From Desulfatiglandales bacterium (GTDB taxonomy: Bacteria > Desulfobacterota > DSM-4660 > Desulfatiglandales > Desulfatiglandaceae), in assembly GCA_963666345.1 (NCBI GenBank), contig OY762721.1, positions 2,944,001 through 3,008,000 on the forward strand: 64,000 nucleotides of DNA. The letters run 5' to 3'. The notes beneath the pieces were generated by a model. The model did no database searches. It had not been told where the DNA came from and saw only the letters and a list, made by a program, of their open reading frames with translations. Numbering within the stretch: the first letter of the stretch is position 1; the number at the start of each line of letters is the position of its first letter. A program made the translations under genes and the position numbers. This document shows positions 28,463-39,326 of the stretch, in pieces.

Positions 28463-30181
28463 ATGAACGGCAATCAACTGACACTTCAGCCGCATGGTAC
28501 TGAAAAAATGTCCACCGGCATTGAAGGGCTTGATGAGATCACCGGCGGCGGGCTGCCGCGCAACCAGACCTCGCTCGTCATCGGCGGACCCGGCTCCGGC
28601 AAAACCGTCTTTGCCTTGCAGACGCTGATCAATGGCGCGCGCCAATCGGGCGAGCCGGGCATCTTTGTCGCCTTTGAGGAGAACGCGCATCAGATCATCG
28701 CCAACGCGGCATCCTTCGGCTGGGATTTGCCCACGCTGGAGAAGGAAGGGAAAATTTTCTTTCTCGAAGGGCGCTTGTCCGCCGACGTCGTTCAAAGCGG
28801 CCAGTTTGACCTGGCTGGACTGTTAGCGGGGCTCAAGGCAAAAACCGATGAAATGGGAGCCAGGCGAATTGTTTTCGATTCGGTTGACGTCCTACTGATG
28901 CTTCTGAATAATCCCATCATAGAACGGCGCGAAATTTACCGCATCCGTGATTGGTTAGCCCAAGCCAACATCTCCGGCATCATCACCGCCAGAATTGAGG
29001 GGAGCGATCCGCTGTTGTCGGCACACTATAGCTTTATGCAGTTCATGGCGGATTGCGTGGTCTTGCTGCACCATCGCCTTGTCGACCGCGTTTCGCTGCG
29101 TGAATTGCGCGTCATGAAATACCGGGGTTCACATTTTGCCGAAGCCGAGTTCCCGATGGTGGTCGGTCCTCAGGGAATTGAAGTGATCAATTTCGGTCCG
29201 GAGCAAACCAGCGTCGAGGCCTCCACCGAACGCGTTTCCACCGGCGTCGAGCGACTCGACCTGATGCTTGACGGCGGTTACTTTCGTGGGTCCACTGTGC
29301 TGATCACGGGCACGCCGGGTACGGCAAAATCAACTCTTGCCGCGGCGTTTACGCACGCTACGTGCCAAAACAACGAGAAAGCACTCTATGTCTCTTTCGA
29401 TGAAGTAGCCAATGTGATGGTGCGCAACCTGTCTTCTGTGGGCATCCGCCTGAGTCCGCATATCGAGTCCGGGCTGCTCAGGATGTATTCGGCGCATACG
29501 GCGGCGCAGAGCGCACAAGAACACTTGCTGAAAATCAGAGCGTTAATCAGAGCACACAAACCGTGCTGCCTTGTGATAGACCCAATCTCGGCGATGACCA
29601 GAGCTGGAGGATCCGTATCCGGACAGGGATTTGCCGAGCAGTTGCTTCACATCACGCATTTGGAAGGAATCACGCTGGTCTGTGTCAGTCTTGTATCAGG
29701 GAACGATCCATTGATAGAAATGTCAGCCGCGCAAATCTCGACGATGGCAGACACCTGGATGCACGTCACCTTTATTGGATATCAAGGGGAACGAAACCGC
29801 GCGCTGACCATCATCAAGTCGCGCGGCACCAGGCATTCCAATCAGATGCGCGAACTCACCCTAAACGACCAGGGCATTACGTTGACGGACGTCTACACCG
29901 CCGGGGGTGAGGTGCTGTTGGGTTCGATGCGTTGGGAAAAGGAGCGCGCGATGGAATTGGAGGCCAAACTCCTGCTTGCGGATGCAGAACTCAAACGGAG
30001 CAATCTGAAACTGGCGGAATCGGAGATGTTGGCGCGCATCGAAACACTCAAACGCGAATTGAAAGCGAAACGCGCTGAAGTCGCCTTGCTGGATGCGCAG
30101 CAGGAGGAGCAACTGGAACGGTTGAAGGCGGAGCACAAAGACTTGGGTTTATTGCGAGGCGCAGACAAGGAGACGACATGA
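28463..30181 (+). CDS. kaiC: Double-domain KaiC with C-terminal coiled coil
   Basis: GGPGSGKT and GTPGTAKST P-loops, FEE, KYRGS, ISTMADT phosphosite region, KSRGT.HSNQMRE. Confidence 0.93.
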   Translation: MNGNQLTLQPHGTEKMSTGIEGLDEITGGGLPRNQTSLVIGGPGSGKTVFALQTLINGARQSGEPGIFVAFEENAHQIIANAASFGWDLPTLEKEGKIFFLEGRLSADVVQSGQFDLAGLLAGLKAKTDEMGARRIVFDSVDVLLMLLNNPIIERREIYRIRDWLAQANISGIITARIEGSDPLLSAHYSFMQFMADCVVLLHHRLVDRVSLRELRVMKYRGSHFAEAEFPMVVGPQGIEVINFGPEQTSVEASTERVSTGVERLDLMLDGGYFRGSTVLITGTPGTAKSTLAAAFTHATCQNNEKALYVSFDEVANVMVRNLSSVGIRLSPHIESGLLRMYSAHTAAQSAQEHLLKIRALIRAHKPCCLVIDPISAMTRAGGSVSGQGFAEQLLHITHLEGITLVCVSLVSGNDPLIEMSAAQISTMADTWMHVTFIGYQGERNRALTIIKSRGTRHSNQMRELTLNDQGITLTDVYTAGGEVLLGSMRWEKERAMELEAKLLLADAELKRSNLKLAESEMLARIETLKRELKAKRAEVALLDAQQEEQLERLKAEHKDLGLLRGADKETT

Positions 30182-30504
30182 GCAAGCCAAACGCACAAAG
30201 CGCCCGCGTCGAGCCTGCGCGCGGAGAGCCCTTCCTGTTCCGGCTTTACATCGCGGCGGGGACGCCCAACTCGGGTTACGCCATCGCCAACCTCGAAGCC
30301 GTCTGCAGGGAATATCTGCGAGACCGTCACCAGATCGAAATCGTGGACTTTCTGCAAGAGCCGTTGCGCTCGTTGGGCGAGGGAGTTCTCGTGACACCCA
30401 CGCTGGTCAAACTTTCGCCGTTGCCAATGCGGACAATTGTGGGCGATCTGAGTGATACATCAATCGTGTTGCATGAACTGGGATTGGAAGAAGGCGCGAA
30501 ATGA
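30178..30504 (+). CDS. kaiB: KaiB-family protein
   Basis: FRLYIAAGTPNS..A.ANL..IEIVD..P...VLVTPTLVK..PLP.R.IVGDLSD; ATGA-coupled to kaiC. Confidence 0.93.
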   Translation: MSKPNAQSARVEPARGEPFLFRLYIAAGTPNSGYAIANLEAVCREYLRDRHQIEIVDFLQEPLRSLGEGVLVTPTLVKLSPLPMRTIVGDLSDTSIVLHELGLEEGAK

Positions 30505-32483
30505 GCAAACGCAAATCGAACGTCGGCATCTCCGAGCGTAAGGAAACAGAAAAGGCGCAGCAAAGTATGGATGAATTGTTCCGCGCGCTCATCGAGAACT
30601 CTTCGGACATCATTACGATCCTCGACCCCGAGGGGATCATCCGCTATGAAAGCCCTTCCGTTGAACGGGGGCTGGGATACAAACCTGCGGAATTGATCGG
30701 CACAAACATCGTTGAACGGCTTCACCCGGACGATGTGTCAAAAGTCATCGAGGCCTATGGGGCAATAAATGCCCAACGAACTCCCAGCGGAACTTCTTGG
30801 ATTGGTCATTTCATAGAGGCGCGTCTTTGTCACAAAGATGGCTTGTGGCGGACGATGGAATGCATCTTTAATGCGCTTCCCAGGGACCTGCTCGTGACGG
30901 GAATTGTAATCAATTTCCACGACATCACCAAGCGCAAGCAGGCAGATGAAGCTCTCCGTGAGAGCGAGGAGAAATTTCGCTCTATGGTGGACAACGTCGG
31001 TATAGGGGTGGCACTGATCAGTCCAGCAATGGAGATACTTGATCTGAACCGCCAGATGCGTGTGTGGTTTCCAGATATCGACTCGAGCAAGCGCTTAATT
31101 TGTTACCGTGCCTTCAACAACCCGCCGCGTGAAGAGATCTGCGATTACTGCCCGACGTGTAGGACGCTTCAAGACGGCAACGTGCATGAGGCCACAACCG
31201 TAACGCCAACGGCGGACGGCCCCCGAAACTATCGCACCGTCTCGTCACCCGTCTTCGACGCAAATCGAAAAGTGACGGCTTGCATCGAAATGGTCGATGA
31301 CATAACTGAGCGTGTATCGCTGGAAGCCCAGCTCCGCCAGGCCCAGAAGATGGAAGCCATCGGCACCCTGGCAGGCGGTGTGGCCCATGATTTCAACAAT
31401 ATACTGACCACCATCATCGGGTATGCTGACCTTATGTTAATGACTGTCGAAACCGATAAACCCTTAACTGAGGAGATAGAGGAGATCAAGTTAGCCGGGG
31501 AAAGGGCAGCCGCTTTGACCCGCCAGCTCCTCGCCTTCAGCCGCAAACAGATTGTCCAGCCTAAGATTCTGGATCTGAATAAATTATTGACAGGTATAGA
31601 AAAGATGCTTGTCCGCCTGATTGGAGAGGATATTGAAATTCTGATAATCCCGAAATCTGACTTATGGAAGATAGAGATAGACCCCGGACAAATGGAGCAG
31701 GTGATCATGAACCTGGTGGTCAATGCCAAGGACGCCATGCCCAATGGAGGCAAGCTCACCATTGAAACGGTCAACATGGATCTGGGCGAGAACTATTTTA
31801 CCGATCACGGCATTGTTGAAAAGCATCCAGGCTCTTATGTGGTGCTGACTGTAAGCGATACCGGCATCGGGATGGACAAAGAAGCCCAGGAACGTATCTT
31901 TGATCCTTTCTATACCACCAAAGAGAAAGGCAAGGGCACCGGATTGGGCTTGTCCACGATCTACGGCATTGTCAAACAAAACAATGGTTTTATTTGGGTC
32001 TACAGCGAACCTGGACAGGGTTCCACCTTCAAGGTTTACCTGCCCAAGGTGAAGGGAGATGTTAAGGGGGAGGAGAAAGAACGAACCCCAGTAATCAAAC
32101 TTGCCGGTTTTGAGACCGTTTTAATTGTAGAAGATGATGATAGCCTTCGGAAACTTACTCAAAAGTCTCTCCAGCCCCATGGATACAGAATACTTGTGGC
32201 TGAAAACGGCGAAGATGCCTTGAGAGTAAGCAAGGAGCACGAGGGGCCTATTGATCTGCTGATCACTGATGTGGTGATGCCCAGGATAGGCGGTAAGGAA
32301 GTCGCAGAACGGCTGCAACCGCTCTACCCACGAATGAAGGTAATTTACATGTCCGGATATACTGACGACTCTATTGTTCATCGCGGTGTTCTGGCACCGG
32401 GACTTAATTTTCTCGAAAAGCCGTTTTCACCGGAAGGTTTGGCGCGCAAAGTGCGGGAGGTTCTGGACAAGAAAAAAGATTAA
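30501..32483 (+). CDS. PAS-PAS-HK-REC hybrid histidine kinase coupled to kaiB
   Basis: ATGA overlap with kaiB; two PAS domains, H-box, HATPase, REC. Confidence 0.93.
   Translation: MSKRKSNVGISERKETEKAQQSMDELFRALIENSSDIITILDPEGIIRYESPSVERGLGYKPAELIGTNIVERLHPDDVSKVIEAYGAINAQRTPSGTSWIGHFIEARLCHKDGLWRTMECIFNALPRDLLVTGIVINFHDITKRKQADEALRESEEKFRSMVDNVGIGVALISPAMEILDLNRQMRVWFPDIDSSKRLICYRAFNNPPREEICDYCPTCRTLQDGNVHEATTVTPTADGPRNYRTVSSPVFDANRKVTACIEMVDDITERVSLEAQLRQAQKMEAIGTLAGGVAHDFNNILTTIIGYADLMLMTVETDKPLTEEIEEIKLAGERAAALTRQLLAFSRKQIVQPKILDLNKLLTGIEKMLVRLIGEDIEILIIPKSDLWKIEIDPGQMEQVIMNLVVNAKDAMPNGGKLTIETVNMDLGENYFTDHGIVEKHPGSYVVLTVSDTGIGMDKEAQERIFDPFYTTKEKGKGTGLGLSTIYGIVKQNNGFIWVYSEPGQGSTFKVYLPKVKGDVKGEEKERTPVIKLAGFETVLIVEDDDSLRKLTQKSLQPHGYRILVAENGEDALRVSKEHEGPIDLLITDVVMPRIGGKEVAERLQPLYPRMKVIYMSGYTDDSIVHRGVLAPGLNFLEKPFSPEGLARKVREVLDKKKD
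31338..32470 (+). repeat. ~1.13 kb direct repeat, copy 2
   Basis: Near-identical to 328-1460. Confidence 0.97.
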
Positions 32484-32784
32484 ATTCGTGCCATAGGTCA
32501 CGCCGGTAAAATCAAGTATGATTATCCCAATGGTTGAGAATCTGGTCGCCCTTAAAACTCAAAGATACTGGATGTATCTTTGAGACATGGGCGGTTTAAA
32601 TATGATTATCCGATGGTTGACAAATTGGAGGGCCTGAAATTTTCGGATACTGATACAATTCGAAACTTTATGACGGTATAATCATACTTTTGAAAATGTA
32701 AGTAAGTTTTGGTTTGTATGCCAAAAGCAGATGATATCACTATGATGATGAACCCCTGAGAAATTTAGACAAAGGAGGGTGCAA

Positions 32785-33957
32785 ATGGAAAGCGTAATAA
32801 GACGTTGCCTAATAACAATCCTTGTCTCTATTCTTTTTGTTTCTTTAAATTCGGTCACTATAAGCGCCGCAGAAACTGATCCTGTTCTTAACGAAGGCAA
32901 GAAATGGCGCATCGGCTACCTTGAAGGCGGCCCCTATGTTAATTACCAAGGAACGCTGAAATCCATTATAACAAACCTGATGTCCATGGGATGGATTGAA
33001 AAAAGCGATCTCCCTGAGCTTCCAGATCTGGAAGATACCAGGGCTTTATGGGAATGGCTGTCTACCCCCGGCCGAAGCCGATACCTTACATTTGTTGAGG
33101 ACGGATACTGGTCATCCAACTGGAAGAAAGATAAAAGAGCGCAAAAGGTCGAAGAGATAAAAAAACGGATCTCAAATGTTCATGAGTTTGATCTTTTGAT
33201 CGCTATGGGCACTTGGGCTGGACAGGATATGGTCTCAATCACGAATAAAATCCCTGTAATGGTGATGTCTTGCAGCGATCCTGTTAAGGCAAAAATAATT
33301 AAAAGCGTTAAAGATTCGGGCCAAGACAATGTCCATGCATGGTGCGATCCGACCCGTGGTGAAAGACGCCTCCGGCTTTTCCATGACGTCTTGGGATTTA
33401 ATAAGCTGGGCGTTATTTATGAAAATACTGAAGATGGCAGAATTTATGCTGACCTGACGTCGATTCAAAAAGTATCAGGGGAACGCGGCTTTGAAACCGT
33501 TGAGTGTGAAGCCCTTGAAACAGGGCTTTCACTTCAAACAAGCCGAGACAATGTGGCTCGGTGCATCAATAAATTGGCTCAACGGATCGACGCTCTGATA
33601 ATCTCTGATCACCGTGGGCTTCATCCCAAAAATTTTCCGGAACTCATCAATCCGCTTTTAAAAGAGGGCATTCCTGTCTTTACCGCTGTCCGGGGACCAA
33701 CATTGGTAAAACGCGGCGTACTGATGGGAATCGCCCGGGAGGATTACCAACCACTGGGTGGCTTTTACGCAGAAACGATGGCCCGCATTTTTAATGGTTC
33801 CAGCCCCAGGGATTTGACACAAATTTATGAGGAGCCGCTGAAGCTGGCAATTAATCTTGAAGCAGCCCGAATCCTCGGGTATGAAGTTCCACCGAATATC
33901 AAAAAGATTGCCGATATCATATACTCGAAAATCGATCGAAGTCTTATGGAGCAATAG
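32785..33957 (+). CDS. Periplasmic ABC-type substrate-binding-like protein
   Basis: Signal peptide, DLLIAMGTWAG, SDPV, LAINLEAARILG; no permease or ATPase nearby. Confidence 0.8.
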   Translation: MESVIRRCLITILVSILFVSLNSVTISAAETDPVLNEGKKWRIGYLEGGPYVNYQGTLKSIITNLMSMGWIEKSDLPELPDLEDTRALWEWLSTPGRSRYLTFVEDGYWSSNWKKDKRAQKVEEIKKRISNVHEFDLLIAMGTWAGQDMVSITNKIPVMVMSCSDPVKAKIIKSVKDSGQDNVHAWCDPTRGERRLRLFHDVLGFNKLGVIYENTEDGRIYADLTSIQKVSGERGFETVECEALETGLSLQTSRDNVARCINKLAQRIDALIISDHRGLHPKNFPELINPLLKEGIPVFTAVRGPTLVKRGVLMGIAREDYQPLGGFYAETMARIFNGSSPRDLTQIYEEPLKLAINLEAARILGYEVPPNIKKIADIIYSKIDRSLMEQ

Positions 33958-33965
33958 GTGGACCA

Positions 33966-36326
33966 ATGATTCGTTGGTTGAAATCCGATTATGCCAAGGC
34001 GATGAGCTTTGCGATAGCTTTTGGTATCCTATTTTGGATTGTCGATGGATATTTCGAATATATATTTTTCCACAAAAATTTGAAATTTCTGCTACTTGAA
34101 GGTCCCGAAACACTTTTGGAATCCCTTTTTACCAAGGTGTCCCTTCACTCGCTTTTTGTAAGGATTTCTTTCCTTTTTGTGGCGTTCCTTGGGGGCTTGT
34201 TACTCTCATTCTTTCTTTACAGGAAAAACCAAATTCAGAAATCACTCCGAATCAGCGAGGAGACTTTTTCAGGTTTTTTCAACCAAGGCAACATCGGAAT
34301 GGCCATCATTTCGTTGGAGAAAGGCTGGGTAAACGTCAACAAAAAACTCTGCCATATGTTAGGATACAGTGAAGAAGAATTGATGCAGAAGACCTGGACG
34401 GAAATGACTCACCCGGACGATCTTGAACCGGATCTGGCGCTGTTTAATAAAATGATAACAGGTGAAATTGACAATTATGAAATGGAAAAGCGCTTCTTTA
34501 GAAAAGACCATAGTGTCATTTATATCCATTTAACGGTCTCGTGCACAAGGATTTCTGACGGCTCCATTGAAAGGGTGTTGGCCACCCTTCAGGATATTTC
34601 CGAGAAAAAAGCTTCGCAGAATCGTATCATCCACTTGAACAGGGTACTTAAGGCGATTCGAGATGTGAATCAACTGATCGTTCGAGAAAAAAACTCGGAA
34701 GAGCTGATTAAAGAAGGTTGTAATCTTTTAGTGAATAATAGGGGTTATGTCTCCGCCCTTATGGTTCTTACTGATGAAAATGACAGTCTTGTTTCCTGGG
34801 CATCGTCTGGTTTTGAAGCGAACGATGATTTAATGAATAGCTTAGCGGAAAGTCATCGATTGCCCCTTTGCCTCAATCCGTCATCCGATAATGAAGTGAT
34901 TTTGATTGAAGGCAATCATGAGGCATGTAGGAATTGTCCTATTTCTGGAGCCTGTGCCGGGAAAAGGACATTGTCTGTTCCGCTGGCGCATGGCGGGGCG
35001 AAATTCGGTTATCTAACTGTTATCTTGGGCACTGATCTTGAGGTGGATGATGAAGAGATAGGTCTCTTTTCGGAGATGGCTGGAGACATAGGCTACGCTC
35101 TCAACTTCATTCGAATGGAAGAAGAACATAAAGCGTCTGAGCATAAAGGGCGGTTGCTTCAAAGTCAGTTGGCGCAGGCTCAAAAAATGGAATCCATAGG
35201 CCGTTTGGCTGGTGGGGTGGCGCATGACTACAACAATATATCCAGCATTATCATCGGCTATTCAGAATTGGCTCTGGAAAAGATAGAACAAGACGATCAA
35301 CTTTATGACGACTTGATAGAGATTTATAGCGCTGCAAAGCGCTCGACGGAAATTACCCGTCAATTGCTGGCTTTTGCTCGTCAACAGACCATTTCTCCCA
35401 AAGTTCTCGACCTAAACGACAGCGTTGAAGGTATGTTAAAAATGCTCAGGAGGCTCATCGGCGAAGACATCGACCTCGCTTGGCTTCCCGGCGCCGATGT
35501 TGGTCCGGTTAGGATCGACCCTTCTCAGGTCGATCAAATCTTGGCAAACCTTTGCGTGAATGCCCGGGACGCCATAGCCGACGTGGGTAAAATCACCATC
35601 GAAACAAAAAATGCCTGCTTTGATGACGTCTATTGCGCCGAACACACAGGATTTATCGAAGGTGAGTTTGTGCTGCTTGCCGTGAGTGACGACGGCAGTG
35701 GAATTCCATCGGAAAACCTGGACAAAATATTCGAGCCATTTTTTACCACAAAGGGTATCGGGAAAGGCACAGGTTTAGGGTTAGCCACTGTTTATGGCAT
35801 CGTTAAACAGAATAATGGATTCATCAACGTATACAGCGAGCCCGAAAAAGGGACGACCATCAGGGTCTATCTTCCTAGGCATACCGGTAGTGTTAGATCA
35901 ACACAGCCCCAAATTGTATCAGAGATTCCGTTAAGCCGAGGTGAATCAATCTTACTTGTCGAAGATGACGGCTCAATTCTAAAACTTGGCAAAAGAATGC
36001 TCAATGATTTGGGGTATAATGTTTTGTCTTCTAATAGTCCGGTCGATGCTCTCCAGTTGGCCAAAGACCATGCCGACAAGATCCATTTGCTGATAACCGA
36101 TGTGGTCATGCCTGAAATGAACGGCCGTGAGCTGTCTGAGAAACTTCAAGCGCTTTATCCTAATCTCAAAACTCTCTTCATGTCCGGTTATACAGCTAAT
36201 GTCATTGCCCACCGCGGTGTGCTGGAAGACGGTGTTAGCTTCATTTCAAAACCATTTTCGAAAAATGACATGGCCGAAAAGGTCCGGCAGGTCTTGGATA
36301 ATGCAATAATCGAAACTCATGATTAA
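33966..36326 (+). CDS. Membrane PAS-GAF-HK-REC hybrid histidine kinase
   Basis: Two hydrophobic helices, [17 protein letters not shown]. Confidence 0.93.
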   Translation: MIRWLKSDYAKAMSFAIAFGILFWIVDGYFEYIFFHKNLKFLLLEGPETLLESLFTKVSLHSLFVRISFLFVAFLGGLLLSFFLYRKNQIQKSLRISEETFSGFFNQGNIGMAIISLEKGWVNVNKKLCHMLGYSEEELMQKTWTEMTHPDDLEPDLALFNKMITGEIDNYEMEKRFFRKDHSVIYIHLTVSCTRISDGSIERVLATLQDISEKKASQNRIIHLNRVLKAIRDVNQLIVREKNSEELIKEGCNLLVNNRGYVSALMVLTDENDSLVSWASSGFEANDDLMNSLAESHRLPLCLNPSSDNEVILIEGNHEACRNCPISGACAGKRTLSVPLAHGGAKFGYLTVILGTDLEVDDEEIGLFSEMAGDIGYALNFIRMEEEHKASEHKGRLLQSQLAQAQKMESIGRLAGGVAHDYNNISSIIIGYSELALEKIEQDDQLYDDLIEIYSAAKRSTEITRQLLAFARQQTISPKVLDLNDSVEGMLKMLRRLIGEDIDLAWLPGADVGPVRIDPSQVDQILANLCVNARDAIADVGKITIETKNACFDDVYCAEHTGFIEGEFVLLAVSDDGSGIPSENLDKIFEPFFTTKGIGKGTGLGLATVYGIVKQNNGFINVYSEPEKGTTIRVYLPRHTGSVRSTQPQIVSEIPLSRGESILLVEDDGSILKLGKRMLNDLGYNVLSSNSPVDALQLAKDHADKIHLLITDVVMPEMNGRELSEKLQALYPNLKTLFMSGYTANVIAHRGVLEDGVSFISKPFSKNDMAEKVRQVLDNAIIETHD

Positions 36327-36658
36327 TTATCCTAGCCACAACTTTTCAACCGGCCTGAAAACTCAAGGATACTGGATGTTTTAAAGATTGTATAGAATCA
36401 AGTATCCTTGTCCGAAACTGGATCAATCACGGATCATGAAATTTATAGATACCATTAATATCCGTAATGATTGACAGGTTATAGCTTAAAAGATATCTAG
36501 GAGACGCTATCTGAGCGACTGATCGACATATATGACGATTGAATGGACTCATGTCTTTTATTTTTGACTTCCGAAATAGTGTTAGGCTCTCCAATAGTCG
36601 TTATTAGAAGTGGATTATATTCTGTTCTTATCAACCAAACCCATATGGAGGAAATCAA

Positions 36659-36922
36659 ATGACCAAAGTCGAATTAATCGAAAAAGTCGCTAGAGATGCA
36701 GGAATCACGAAAAAGGCAGCGAAAAAAGCATTTGATTCTGTGTTGGAAGGTATAAAACAAGGGGTACAAAAAAGGAACCACAAGGTAACTCTTATAGGAT
36801 TCGGTACATTTAAAAATGTTTACAGAAAAACCCGCATGGGTCGAAATCCACAAACTGGTGAAAAAATCAAAATCAAAGGTAAGAGCGTCGTCACCTTCAA
36901 GCCCAGTAAGAATATACTATAG
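36659..36922 (+). CDS. hup: HU-family DNA-binding protein
   Basis: MTKVELIEKVA..VTLIGFGTF..R.GRNPQTGEKI. Confidence 0.93.
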   Translation: MTKVELIEKVARDAGITKKAAKKAFDSVLEGIKQGVQKRNHKVTLIGFGTFKNVYRKTRMGRNPQTGEKIKIKGKSVVTFKPSKNIL

Positions 36923-36961
36923 AGATACAAAACTGAATATTTAGCCAGCCTGACTGCGACG

Positions 36962-37054
36962 GTGCTGGGAAAAAGGGCCTTTACCTACAAGCCGATTTTA
37001 AGGACCGATCTGACAGAAACGGTCCGAAAAGTGCTGGATGAGGCGAAAGGCTAA
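36962..37054 (+). pseudogene. Orphan C-terminal remnant of a receiver domain
   Basis: Translates VLGKRAFTYKPILRTDLTETVRKVLDEAKG*. Confidence 0.7.
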
Positions 37055-37207
37055 ATTTTCACATTTTTAACCAGTCACAACTTTTCATCACCACTGAGAA
37101 CTCAAGCTTACTGGATGTAGGCATCAATGCAATTGCGGTAATGGGCACGATCAGATAAATGCAAGTAATCGCAACTCGAAAAGATCGAGAAGACGCTGGT
37201 AAAAATC

Positions 37208-37900
37208 ATGTCTGAAAAGCCAACCTATGAAGAATTAGAAAAGCGGGTAAAAGAGCTATCGAACGCCGAATACGAACTAAAACTGGCTGTTGAGAAACTC
37301 AGGCAAAGTGAAAATCGATTTTACAATCTTATTGAAGGTTCTATTCAGGGAGTACTTATCCATCGAGAACACAAGGCGCTTTTTGTAAATCAAAAATGGG
37401 CGAATATACATGGGTATTCACCAGAGGAAGTACTTAGAATGGATACGGTTGTACAATTGATTTCCCCAAAAGATCAGAAGCGGATGATCGAATACAAAGA
37501 AGCACGTAAACAGGGTAAAGACGCTCCTACGGATTATGAATATCAAGGTGTACATAAAAATGGATCTTATATTTGGCTGGATAACAGAGCCAGTGTCGTC
37601 CAATGGGAAGGGCGGAATGCTATCCAAACAACTATTTTTGATATAACCAACCGTAAAAAGGCTGAGGAACAACGGGACAGGTTAATTTCGGACCTTCAAA
37701 AAACACTATCAGAGGTTAAAACATTACAGGGTTTTCTACCCATTTGCTCACATTGCAAAAAAATCCGTGATGACAAGGGTTATTGGAATCAGATCGAATC
37801 ATATATGAACAAACATTCCGATATTGAATTTAGCCACGGTATTTGTCCAGAATGTGCCAAAAAATATTATCCTGATATGCATCTTTATGATGATGAATAG
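37208..37900 (+). CDS. PAS protein with C-terminal Cys-rich domain (LPICSHCKKIRDDKGYW...SHGICPEC)
   Basis: PAS/PAC plus two CxxC motifs. Confidence 0.88.
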   Translation: MSEKPTYEELEKRVKELSNAEYELKLAVEKLRQSENRFYNLIEGSIQGVLIHREHKALFVNQKWANIHGYSPEEVLRMDTVVQLISPKDQKRMIEYKEARKQGKDAPTDYEYQGVHKNGSYIWLDNRASVVQWEGRNAIQTTIFDITNRKKAEEQRDRLISDLQKTLSEVKTLQGFLPICSHCKKIRDDKGYWNQIESYMNKHSDIEFSHGICPECAKKYYPDMHLYDDE

Positions 37901-38322
37901 CTGCAAATAATTATCCTATCCAAAAATTCCGGCCAGCTATAAAAATCAACAATTCCAAAGGTAATCACAAGAGGGATGACTTTATCTTGTGTCATTGATG
38001 CTGTAAAAGTGGGTGTTATTGCTGGATATCACAGGGTTAACCGAACCTGCGATTTGAAAGTTATCTCATAAAAAGGAAAAAGGCGTCAAATGGTTGGTAT
38101 CTCAGCTTAGTGAAGAACTGTGATATGATCAGAATATCTGTGATCTTTGATGATGAAAATATTCTGGTGTTTTTTGGTGAGATCACAGCAATTGCGATCC
38201 GTGTGATATGAAAGTGGTATCTTTCCTAGCTGGAGATTGAACCAAAACAAATAAATACAGTCCTTGCCTAAACCGCCTACCATTTTATATCATCCCTAGA
38301 AACAAAGCATGACAGGAGTCTT

Positions 38323-38613
38323 ATGCCAATGAGTCTAACCAAAGCTCAAATCGTTGAAGGGATACACCAAGGGACGGGTTTAACAAGAAAACAAGCGGGT
38401 GATGCCTTAGAAGACATCCTTGATATCATTAAGAACAGGCTTGAAACCGGGGAAAGTGTCTTGATTTCAGGTTTTGGTAGGTTTGCAGTCAAGGAAAAGC
38501 GCCCTAGGCGAGGTAGAAACCCTGCCACAGGCAAGTCCATAATGCTTGATGGTAGAAAAGTCGTCAGTTTTAAGTGCTCTGGTGTCCTAAAAGACAGGCT
38601 AAATAAGTCATAA
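38323..38613 (+). CDS. ihfA: Integration host factor alpha-like subunit
   Basis: SLTKAQIVE..GESVLISGFGRFAVKEKRPRRGRNPATG..RKVVSFKCSGVLK. Confidence 0.88.
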   Translation: MPMSLTKAQIVEGIHQGTGLTRKQAGDALEDILDIIKNRLETGESVLISGFGRFAVKEKRPRRGRNPATGKSIMLDGRKVVSFKCSGVLKDRLNKS

Positions 38614-39220
38614 GTCACTCAATTACGAGGTATTGGACTTCTATACCGTATAAATCACTCGATTTTCACTTCCCTCAAGTCCTTTAAACATAGTTGTAAG
38701 ATCAAAAATATGCGATTGAGGTCTTAAAATACCAGTTTGCGTTTAAAATATTGATGTTTCACGCTCCTTTTTAACCGTTTCTCACTCAAAACCACCTTTT
38801 TCAACAACAAAACACCCTTCTGTAAGAAAACTTCAAACCATTAACATAAGAGGCCTGGACCTGCTTCATAAATTACTGTTTTTTGTACTTGATAAGTCAT
38901 CTTGTAATGTCAACTGATCAATTTTTGCCAACAACTCATGGATAAACCGATTGAAGCAGGTAGTTCAAGAAATATCAATACAGTTTATTATTGATTATGT
39001 CAGTTTAAATTGTTTTATTTTGAAGTGATCAATGGATGATTTGAGGGCATGAACCTGGCTTCTCAATGCTTTTAATTAAGTCAGATAAATATCATCAAAG
39101 ACTGCAGGAAACTCTCAGAGAGGATAATATCGTAGAGCCAACAGTCATCAAATATCAAAGCTTATGGAATTCGGAAAAACCGCTCCCTCAAAACCAAATT
39201 AAAAAAAGAAAAAAACTTGA

Positions 39221-39320
39221 GTGACAGTATGACAGCAAATTTCAAACATTATTTTTTATAGTTAATATAATTACTTAATTAAATTAACAAATATAAAAAT
39301 TTTTACCGTCATACCGTCAC
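39221..39320. other. Putative replication origin (inverted iterons around an AT-rich core)
   Basis: GTGACAGTATGACAGCAAA vs inverted GTGACGGTATGACGGTAAA, immediately 3' of the primase gene. Confidence 0.6.
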
Positions 39321-39326
39321 AAGAAA

